Positions 24,114-31,274 of a DNA stretch of 36,232 nucleotides are shown piece after piece (the stretch's first letter is position 1; every line of letters starts with the position of its first letter). Under the pieces are notes generated by a model. That model was given only the letters and a program-made list of their open reading frames with translations. It did no database searches and was not told the origin of the DNA. Position numbers and translations under genes: made by a program. Source of the DNA: an uncultured Gammaproteobacteria bacterium. Its GTDB lineage: Bacteria > Patescibacteriota > Patescibacteriia > Magasanikbacterales > UBA922. The stretch is from positions 1-36,232 of the forward strand of contig CAZYEQ010000004.1 in NCBI GenBank assembly GCA_964646505.1. Reading direction: 5' to 3'.

Positions 24114-25325
24114 ATGGCCTTTAGGTTATTCAAAAAAAATTCAAAAGAAAGACCGCCTGAGGCTCCTGTGTTAGCAAGGGTAACAGTCATTCCTGATTCG
24201 TTTTACGGCGGAGCAAATCCAGTCGTGTATGCACATGAAGCACCGTCACACGCTGACCATTCTTCGGTGGCGCCAAAAATGATTCCTGTGGGTCAGGTAA
24301 CCCCGCCGACTCCGCAAAAACCAGTAGTGTCGCGCCGTGCTGACATGAAAGCGGCTATGGACACCACAGAAGACAAAAAAAACGATCAGGAATCAAAACA
24401 GCGTGAGAGCGACATGCTTGATATTCCTAAAGAAGGCACGTCTCGTCCGGTATTTATGTGGGCTGGAGTTGGCATCACACTCATTGTTTTAGTTGGTATT
24501 TCATATTGGTATGTGACACGTTCACTCCAAACGACCAACCGGCCGCTCTCACCACTACCACCAAGTTTTGAAGCGATACCGCAGCCGCAAATACGTCCGG
24601 TCGAGCCACCACCGGCACAAGTTGTGGCGCAAGTGCCGACTACTTCTATTTCTGAAGTGCCCACCTCTACGCGCCAAACATTACCTACTTTGTCACCGCT
24701 TAGTCTTTTGCCGGACGATGCAGATATTGACAATGACGGGCTTACGGATACCGAAGAAGATGTGCTTCAAACCGACAGTGGCACCTGGGATACAGACGGA
24801 GACGGATATTATGACGGTCAAGAAGTCATGAACCTCTATAATCCAACCGGCTTCGCGCCAGTAAAAATTATTGACTCAGGTCGTGTGCTCGAGTATACGC
24901 AGCCGCTTCATTCGTGGAAGATCTATTACCCAACTCCATGGGATGTTGGCACGGTAGAAGACTCTGTTCCCCATGTTCTGTTTAGCGCGGTAACAGGTGA
25001 TTATATTGAGGTTATTGAGTCAGAAAAACTCCCTGGTGAGACATTTGAATTGTGGTTTGCTCGTGTGTTGCAAAATCAACGGTTCAGCGATCTTCTCAAA
25101 AAAACCAATCGTTTCATGATTCCGTACTATATTCGACAAGATGGGCTAGTTGGGTATGTGGAAGACATGAATCGGGTGTATGTTGTGGCGTATCATCAAG
25201 GATCCGCAAATGTTGTGTTGTATCGTCATATTTTTGATATGATGATGCAAAGTTTTCGCCTTGGGGGGTCGGCTATTTCCACTCCGGATCAACCTCGCAT
25301 ACCAGTCACGCCAAGTGCGACATAA
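24114..25325 (+). CDS. Bitopic membrane protein with TSP type-3-like repeats and a C-terminal globular domain of about 150 aa (403 aa)
   Basis: TM helix VFMWAGVGITLIVLVGISYWYV and a Pro-rich linker. Then DIDNDGLTDTEED...DTDGDGYYDGQEVMNLYNPTGFAP, followed by an unassigned domain (LEYTQPLHSWKIYYPTPWDV...MMQSFRLGG). Confidence 0.75.
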   Translation: MAFRLFKKNSKERPPEAPVLARVTVIPDSFYGGANPVVYAHEAPSHADHSSVAPKMIPVGQVTPPTPQKPVVSRRADMKAAMDTTEDKKNDQESKQRESDMLDIPKEGTSRPVFMWAGVGITLIVLVGISYWYVTRSLQTTNRPLSPLPPSFEAIPQPQIRPVEPPPAQVVAQVPTTSISEVPTSTRQTLPTLSPLSLLPDDADIDNDGLTDTEEDVLQTDSGTWDTDGDGYYDGQEVMNLYNPTGFAPVKIIDSGRVLEYTQPLHSWKIYYPTPWDVGTVEDSVPHVLFSAVTGDYIEVIESEKLPGETFELWFARVLQNQRFSDLLKKTNRFMIPYYIRQDGLVGYVEDMNRVYVVAYHQGSANVVLYRHIFDMMMQSFRLGGSAISTPDQPRIPVTPSAT

Positions 25326-25327
25326 CT

Positions 25328-25762
25328 ATGGGCCACGCGACGATATATCGCACCGTTAAGCATTGCGCATGTTCTGACACGTTTATTGTCAAAGTGGTGG
25401 GTCGTGTCCTCGCTCATCTTGGCCAGACCGAAAGTACTGTGAGTGTGCACGTGATTGGCGATAAGCGCATGACCACTCTTAACCAACGTCATCGTCGTAT
25501 GCGGGGCACGACTGACGTATTATCGTTTCCAACACAAGATGCTCCTGATGGGTTTTTTTCTTCAGATGATCGCGGTGATATTTTTATCTCCTACCCTCAA
25601 ATTGTTCGACAGGCAAAAACGCATCAGATTTCAATAAAAGAAGAGTTCACGCGCATGCTTGTGCATGGAGTGCTTCATGTGTTTGGGTATGACCATGGAA
25701 CCAAAAAAGAACAAGAAAAAATGTACCCCTTGCAAGAGATGCTTGTAAAGAAAAGTATATGA
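25328..25762 (+). CDS. ybeY: rRNA maturation endoribonuclease YbeY (144 aa)
   Basis: Zinc-binding motif HGVLHVFGYDH plus TDVLSFP. The stop overlaps the dgkA start (ATGA). Confidence 0.9.
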   Translation: MGHATIYRTVKHCACSDTFIVKVVGRVLAHLGQTESTVSVHVIGDKRMTTLNQRHRRMRGTTDVLSFPTQDAPDGFFSSDDRGDIFISYPQIVRQAKTHQISIKEEFTRMLVHGVLHVFGYDHGTKKEQEKMYPLQEMLVKKSI

Positions 25763-26130
25763 TGTCGTTTCTTTCTTCCTTTTTTCGAAGTGTATCTCAT
25801 GCCTGTCGAGGTTTTTCTTACGCGTGGCGTGCCGAACAAAATATTCGTATCCACATTGTGGCGGCTGGTGTGATAAGCGTTTTGGGGTATGTGTGTGGTC
25901 TTAATCGCGTAGAGTGGGCTTTGGTGTTTTTTGCGATTGGTTTTGTACTGTTCGCGGAACTCTGCAATAGTGCTCTTGAGGCTCTTATTGACATGGCAAT
26001 TCCACGGGTGTCTCCAGGAGTAAAACATATAAAAGATATGGTGGCGGCTGGTGTGCTCGTGTCGGCTTTCACCGCGTTATGCATCGCTGGAGCAGTGTTT
26101 ACCCCGCATCTTTTTATCTTGTTTAGGTAG
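25759..26130 (+). CDS. dgkA: Prokaryotic diacylglycerol/undecaprenol kinase family protein (123 aa)
   Basis: Three-TM protein with a RSVSHACRGFSYAWRAEQNIRIH amphipathic start, AELCNSALEALID and KDMVAAGVLVSA. The ybeY-dgkA pairing is common in bacteria. Confidence 0.8.
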   Translation: MMSFLSSFFRSVSHACRGFSYAWRAEQNIRIHIVAAGVISVLGYVCGLNRVEWALVFFAIGFVLFAELCNSALEALIDMAIPRVSPGVKHIKDMVAAGVLVSAFTALCIAGAVFTPHLFILFR

Positions 26131-26163
26131 GGTATTGTCGTGTATACTTTACCAATGTAACCT

Positions 26164-27417
26164 ATGCTTTCCTCGCGTCGTCACACTGAACTTATTACCG
26201 GACTCGATATTGGGTCAACAGCGGTACGAGTTGTTGTTGGACAAGGAAATGCTGAAGGAGAAATGAACATTATTGCTGTGGTAGAGGTTCCTTCAAGCGG
26301 TATTGAGCGTGGAGTGATAACGAGTATTGAGGAGGTTGTTTCTACGATAGCCGGCGCTCTTGAGCAGGCCGAACGTTTGGTGGGGGTACCACTTGACGCG
26401 GTGTGGGTAGGCATTACGGGGAACCACATCATGCTTCAGCCAACAAAAGGAGTTGTGGCTGTGGCAAAAGCGGACGGTGAGATTTCGCCTGATGATGTTT
26501 TGCGTGCGCACGAAGCGTCTCGTATGGTTGGTACACCGCTTAATTACGAAGTTGTGGATATTATTCCTCGACGGTATACTGTCGATGGTCAAACAGGCAT
26601 CAAAGATCCGGTCGGAATGACCGGTGTAAAGCTTGAGGTGGAAGCAAACATGCTGTACGCGCTTTCGAGTCATTTGAAAAATATTGAACGAGCGATTTAC
26701 CGAACCGGTTATGACATTCATGATCTTGTCGTTTCGATTTTTGCTACAAGTCATATGGTCACCACCGCTCGACAACGTGATATGGGTGTGGCTGTGGTTG
26801 ATATCGGCGGCGCCACTACCCACGTGGCGGTATATGAGAGTGGGGATATGTTACATTCGGCCACGCTCCCTATGGGGTCGGTGCATGTCACAAGCGACCT
26901 TGCTATTGGATTACGCACGGATATTGAAGTTGCGGAGCGGGTAAAATTGCTCTATGGTCATTGTTTACCCGAAGCGGTAAAAAAGAAGGACATCATTAAT
27001 TTGGCAGATGTCGGAGCCAAACAGACCGAAGAAGTATCTCGCCAATATATTGCTGAAATAGTAAGTGCTCGTATGGCTGAAATTTTAGAGTCGGTTGATC
27101 GAGAACTGGCACGCATTGATCGTTCTGGGCGCCTCCCGGCCGGCGTGGTGTTTGTGGGTGGTGGCTCAAAAATTGAAGGGTTATTAGAACTTGCAAAAGA
27201 TATTCTTCGGTTGCCTGTGACGCTTGGTGCTTCGATTGATATGCCAAGTATTACGCAAAAAATTCATGATATTGCGTTTATTCCCGCAGTTGGGCTTGTG
27301 CGGTGGGGGAATGATACGATTCGTCGTGGTACGAAAAAGCGCGCATCTTCTTTTTCCGGAGTGACAAATAAGGTGGGTCAGCGTGTACGAAAAGTGTTTC
27401 GCTCCCTCATTCCTTAA
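26164..27417 (+). CDS. ftsA: Cell division protein FtsA (417 aa)
   Basis: Actin-fold motifs TGLDIGSTAVRVVVG, VVDIGGATTHVAVY and VFVGGGSKIEGL. C-terminal amphipathic helix KVGQRVRKVFRSLIP. Confidence 0.92.
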   Translation: MLSSRRHTELITGLDIGSTAVRVVVGQGNAEGEMNIIAVVEVPSSGIERGVITSIEEVVSTIAGALEQAERLVGVPLDAVWVGITGNHIMLQPTKGVVAVAKADGEISPDDVLRAHEASRMVGTPLNYEVVDIIPRRYTVDGQTGIKDPVGMTGVKLEVEANMLYALSSHLKNIERAIYRTGYDIHDLVVSIFATSHMVTTARQRDMGVAVVDIGGATTHVAVYESGDMLHSATLPMGSVHVTSDLAIGLRTDIEVAERVKLLYGHCLPEAVKKKDIINLADVGAKQTEEVSRQYIAEIVSARMAEILESVDRELARIDRSGRLPAGVVFVGGGSKIEGLLELAKDILRLPVTLGASIDMPSITQKIHDIAFIPAVGLVRWGNDTIRRGTKKRASSFSGVTNKVGQRVRKVFRSLIP

Positions 27418-27439
27418 CCATGTTTGGCGTCCAAAATGT

Positions 27440-27462
27440 ATCTCCCGCGTGGGAGATTTTTT
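27440..27462 (+). terminator. Intrinsic terminator/attenuator between ftsA and ftsZ
   Basis: ATCTCCC-GCGT-GGGAGAT followed by TTTTTT. Confidence 0.75.
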
Positions 27463-27500
27463 GGTTATGCACACTTTTGAGGTTCTGTCATGATATTTAC

Positions 27501-27530
27501 TTGACACGAGTATCTTGCGCTCGTTACACT
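27501..27530 (+). promoter_or_regulatory. Putative ftsZ promoter
   Basis: TTGACA (27501-27506), 18-nt spacer, TACACT (27525-27530). A 65-nt leader runs to the ATG at 27596. Confidence 0.45.
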
Positions 27531-27595
27531 ATGAGAACAAATTGGCTGAGTAGACATAAATTTGAACACATTTTGTATTCAATACTTCGACCCCT

Positions 27596-28924
27596 ATGCC
27601 TCAAGTAAAACCAGAAATTGAAACATTTGCGAAAATTAAAGTCGTGGGGGTGGGGGGGTCAGGTGGTTCCGCGGTGCATCGCATGGTGACCGAAGGTATT
27701 CGTGGTGTTGAGTTTATGGCACTTAATACTGATGTGCAGGCACTTCACCATAATAGCGCATCGCATAAACTCCATATTGGGAAAACAGTGACGCGTGGCC
27801 TTGGGGCAGGCATGGATCCAGAAATGGGACGTCGGAGCGCGGAGGAAGCTCAAAATGAAATTCGTGACGCGCTCAATGGCACTGACATGGTGTTTATTAC
27901 TTGTGGTTTGGGCGGTGGTACTGGCTCAGGTGCCGCGCCGGTTGTTGCGGCAATTGCCAAAGAGCTTGGAGTACTCACCGTTGCGGTGGTGACAAAGCCA
28001 TTTTCATTTGAAGGCCCACAAAGAAGGACTATCGCGGAACGGGCTCATGAAGAATTGTCACGTCATGTGGATGCGATTATTACGATTCCAAATGACCGTG
28101 TTCTTCAGGTGATCGACAAAAAAACGTCGATGATGGAAGCGTTTAAAGTCGTTGATGATATTTTGCGCCAGGGTGTACAAGGGATTTCAGAAGTGATTAC
28201 CGTGCCGGGGCTCATTAATGTGGACTTTGCGGATGTAAAAACAATCATGTCGAACACCGGTTCAGCACTCATGGGCATTGGTGTCGGTCGTGGGGAAAAC
28301 CGAGCGGTAGACGCGGCCAATATGGCTATTTCAAGTCCGCTTCTTGATTTGGCAATCGACGGCGCACGTGGAATTTTGTTTACGATTACCGCGTCGAGCT
28401 CGCTTACCATGCAAGAAGTGAATGAGGCGGCTAAACTCATTACCAATTCAGCCGATAGCGACGCAAAAGTCATTTTTGGTGTGATGTTTGATGAGACACT
28501 CGGCGAAGATGTGCGTATCACCGTTATTGCGACGGGTTTTGAGTCGCTTGATCGTCGTCCACTTTCGCCACAGGTTTCAAATACGCAAACCGAACACGAT
28601 GATGACCAGTTTGCAACGCGCCCCAAACGTCCTCTGTATGGCAACAATCTTTTTCCGAAAAAAACAATGAAACTATACACGCCCCCCCAGCCAGTTCCTG
28701 TTTCCTCAGTGACACTTCCCACCGAAGAGACGTCGGAGCGCGATGAGGTTACTCCTGTGGCACCACCCTTACGTCGCACCTTTCAAACACGACAAACTAC
28801 TCCGGTGTCGACACAGGAACCAACCCCAAAACCCATACCGGCACCATCACATGATAAAGACAAAAATATCGATCAAAACGACCTCGAGATTCCCGCGTTT
28901 ATTCGTAAAAAAATGGGCATGTAA
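27596..28924 (+). CDS. ftsZ: Cell division GTPase FtsZ (442 aa)
   Basis: IKVVGVGGSGGSAV, the tubulin signature GLGGGTGSGAAP, a long Pro/Thr-rich linker, and the conserved C-terminal peptide DLEIPAFIRKK. Confidence 0.97.
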   Translation: MPQVKPEIETFAKIKVVGVGGSGGSAVHRMVTEGIRGVEFMALNTDVQALHHNSASHKLHIGKTVTRGLGAGMDPEMGRRSAEEAQNEIRDALNGTDMVFITCGLGGGTGSGAAPVVAAIAKELGVLTVAVVTKPFSFEGPQRRTIAERAHEELSRHVDAIITIPNDRVLQVIDKKTSMMEAFKVVDDILRQGVQGISEVITVPGLINVDFADVKTIMSNTGSALMGIGVGRGENRAVDAANMAISSPLLDLAIDGARGILFTITASSSLTMQEVNEAAKLITNSADSDAKVIFGVMFDETLGEDVRITVIATGFESLDRRPLSPQVSNTQTEHDDDQFATRPKRPLYGNNLFPKKTMKLYTPPQPVPVSSVTLPTEETSERDEVTPVAPPLRRTFQTRQTTPVSTQEPTPKPIPAPSHDKDKNIDQNDLEIPAFIRKKMGM

Positions 28925-28931
28925 CGATAAT

Positions 28932-28965
28932 ACACCTTCCTCGCATGGAAGGTGTTTCGTTTTCG
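28932..28965 (+). terminator. Intrinsic terminator after ftsZ
   Basis: ACACCTTCC-TCGCAT-GGAAGGTGT followed by the T-rich tail TTCGTTTTCG. Confidence 0.7.
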
Positions 28966-28971
28966 TGGGTA

Positions 28972-28980
28972 TGGTATACT
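28972..28980 (+). promoter_or_regulatory. Extended -10 element upstream of nrdR
   Basis: TGgTATACT ends 9 nt before the ATG at 28990. No good -35 box. Confidence 0.45.
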
Positions 28981-28989
28981 TCTTGTCGT

Positions 28990-29454
28990 ATGCAATGCCT
29001 TATTTGTCGTTCAAAAGAAACACGAGTTCTTGATACGCGTCTCGCGGGTGATGGATATTCTATCCGTCGTCGCCGTGAATGTGAAAAATGCCATTTCCGT
29101 TTTTCTACGCTTGAAGAAGTGGAATTGCTTGATGTGACGGTTGTGAAGCGTGATGGTCACCGTGAATCGTACTCTCGACCAAAATTGCAGCGAGGAATTA
29201 TGCAATCATTAACGAAACGTCCTTTTACACAGGAGCGCTTTGATACGCTCGTGCACGCGATCGAACGCGATATTCAAAAACACAAACGCCGTGAAGTAAC
29301 GAGTCAGGATATTGGAGAAATCGTCATGAAGCATTTGCGCAAATTTGATACGGTGGCATACATTCGATTTGCGTCAATTTATCGCGCGTTTGAAGATGTT
29401 GATACGTTTCAAAATGAACTGAAATCACTTGGAAAAAAACGCCGCCGCTCTTAA
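28990..29454 (+). CDS. nrdR: Transcriptional repressor NrdR (154 aa)
   Basis: MQCLICRSKETRVLDTR...CEKCHFRFST zinc ribbon followed by an ATP-cone (VVKRDGHRESYSRPKLQRGI...). The ORF-track start at 28945 lies inside the ftsZ terminator and was rejected. Confidence 0.9.
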   Translation: MQCLICRSKETRVLDTRLAGDGYSIRRRRECEKCHFRFSTLEEVELLDVTVVKRDGHRESYSRPKLQRGIMQSLTKRPFTQERFDTLVHAIERDIQKHKRREVTSQDIGEIVMKHLRKFDTVAYIRFASIYRAFEDVDTFQNELKSLGKKRRRS

Positions 29455-29463
29455 TTTCTCTGT

Positions 29464-29781
29464 ATGTCAAATGGTACTAGCGAGCAAAAGCCGTCATCTG
29501 TCACGTTAACACAAGAAACGGCGCGCGACCTCGCGCAAAAAATTGAAGAAAGCATTCTCTGGTCCAAAAAAGTATTTGAAGGTCAGGAAAAAGTAAGAAA
29601 ATATTTGTTTTGGAATACCGTGGGCAATGTTATTCGTTTGGCTATTATTCTCATTCCTATTGTTATTGGTTTTCTGGTATTGCCACCACTTATTCGTAAT
29701 TTTACCGCACTGTTGCAGGGTGGCGCGGGGAACGGAACAGGGAATCCTTTTGGAGAAGTGCTTGACCTTCTTAAACCATAA
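29464..29781 (+). CDS. Hypothetical small membrane protein (105 aa)
   Basis: Intact ORF fitting exactly between nrdR and pyk (9-nt and 8-nt gaps). One clear TM helix, VIRLAIILIPIVIGFLVLPPLI. No family recognised. Confidence 0.5.
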   Translation: MSNGTSEQKPSSVTLTQETARDLAQKIEESILWSKKVFEGQEKVRKYLFWNTVGNVIRLAIILIPIVIGFLVLPPLIRNFTALLQGGAGNGTGNPFGEVLDLLKP

Positions 29782-29789
29782 TTTCGTAT

Positions 29790-31235
29790 ATGGCCACCCG
29801 TGAGAGTCGAACAAAAATTGTTTGCACACTTGGTCCCGCGAGTCACACCGAAGAAACGATTGGTGCTATGATTGATGCCGGTATGAGTGTCGCAAGGCTT
29901 AATTTTTCTCATGGCACACATGAGGATCACGCCGAACTCATTCGCTTGGTACGCTCTGTGGCCGAGGCACGCGCATGCCCTGTTGCTATTATGCAAGATT
30001 TGCAGGGCCCTAAAATACGTCTCGGTGTCCTCCCTCACGAAGGTGTAGAGGTGTCACACGGAGAAACTCTTACCTTTGATACATCTCTTTCACAGTATAC
30101 GAAAGGTGGTCCGCTTCCGGTTGATTTTGCGGATCTCCATCGATTTGTGAAAGCCGGAGAACGTATCTTTGTGAATGATGGGCGCATCGAGTGTCGGGTG
30201 ACGAACGTGCGGGGGACACGCATGGTGACTGAAGTGGTGGTGGGCGGACTCATGTCCTCTCATAAAGGAATTAATGTTCCTGACTCCGCTCTTTTTGTGC
30301 GTGCTCTAACTGACAAAGATAAAGAAGATATTACATTTGGCGTGAAGAATAAGGTTGATTTGGTGGCCGTATCGTTTGTCACCGGCCCAGAAGACGTGAT
30401 CGATGTAAAATACTTACTGAAGCAGGCAGAAAAAGAATTTGAGATGCCCACGACGGATCCTATTCGAGTAGTCGCAAAGATAGAGCGTCATGAAGCGGTT
30501 GAACGTATTGAGGCCATTTTGGGCGTGGCTGACGCGATTATGGTGGCCCGCGGTGATCTTGGTGTTGAGGTGCCGCCTGAGCAGGTCCCGCTTTTACAAA
30601 AAAAACTCATTGAACACGCGCTTCATGCGGGAAAACCAGTGATTGTCGCAACACAAATGCTTGATTCGATGCAAGAAAATCCACGTCCGACTCGCGCTGA
30701 GGTGTCTGATGTGGCGAACGCGGTATTTGATCACACCGATGCAGTCATGCTTTCCAATGAAACCGCCACTGGTCGTTATCCTATTCAAGCAGTGCGCATG
30801 ATGCAACGTATTATACTTGAGGCCGAGTCGTCGCAATATGATAATTTGGTTATTCGAGATTATGGTGAAAAGCGTTCGGTTGATGATGTGGTCAGTAAAA
30901 TGGCTCGACTCGTGGCTGAAGAGATAGAGGCAAAAGGTATTTTGGCCGCTACACTTTCGGGTGATACGGCGCGGCGCATTAGCCGACATCGACCAGAACT
31001 GCCTATATTTGTCACCACTGCTTCAGAACGTGTGTATCGGCAACTCACCCTTTCGTGGGGAGTTGAGCCATTTATGCTTCCTGAATGCAAGTCTATTGAA
31101 GAACTTGTGGAACGCTCACTCGTGTCACTTAAAGAACGCAATAAAGTCGCCATAGGTGACAAAATAATTATTGTCGCGGGTGAACCAGTCGGCGAAGGTC
31201 ATGTGAATTTGCTTGAAGTACGAGAAATTCGCTAG
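29790..31235 (+). CDS. pyk: Pyruvate kinase (481 aa)
   Basis: RTKIVCTLGPAS, ARLNFSHG, QDLQGPKIR, MVARGDLGVE and ATQMLDSM are all canonical PK motifs. Confidence 0.95.
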   Translation: MATRESRTKIVCTLGPASHTEETIGAMIDAGMSVARLNFSHGTHEDHAELIRLVRSVAEARACPVAIMQDLQGPKIRLGVLPHEGVEVSHGETLTFDTSLSQYTKGGPLPVDFADLHRFVKAGERIFVNDGRIECRVTNVRGTRMVTEVVVGGLMSSHKGINVPDSALFVRALTDKDKEDITFGVKNKVDLVAVSFVTGPEDVIDVKYLLKQAEKEFEMPTTDPIRVVAKIERHEAVERIEAILGVADAIMVARGDLGVEVPPEQVPLLQKKLIEHALHAGKPVIVATQMLDSMQENPRPTRAEVSDVANAVFDHTDAVMLSNETATGRYPIQAVRMMQRIILEAESSQYDNLVIRDYGEKRSVDDVVSKMARLVAEEIEAKGILAATLSGDTARRISRHRPELPIFVTTASERVYRQLTLSWGVEPFMLPECKSIEELVERSLVSLKERNKVAIGDKIIIVAGEPVGEGHVNLLEVREIR

Positions 31236-31254
31236 TGGGTTTATCGTGAAAATG

Positions 31255-31263
31255 TGGTATACT
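31255..31263 (+). promoter_or_regulatory. Extended -10 element upstream of ppsA
   Basis: TGgTATACT ends 11 nt before the ATG at 31275. Confidence 0.45.
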
Positions 31264-31274
31264 AGTTCACATCT

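Noticed and set aside
9366-25325. Calling the locus a type IV secretion or conjugative pilus system because of the VirB2/TrbC-like heads
   Set aside because: No VirB4, VirD4 or VirB11 ATPases, VirB6/8/9/10 scaffold, relaxase or prepilin peptidase are present in the window. The heads are fused to huge ectodomains incompatible with canonical pilus packing.
28945-28989. 15-aa upstream extension of nrdR
   Set aside because: It starts inside the ftsZ terminator hairpin. NrdR proteins begin directly with the M-x-C-x-x-C zinc ribbon, found at 28990.
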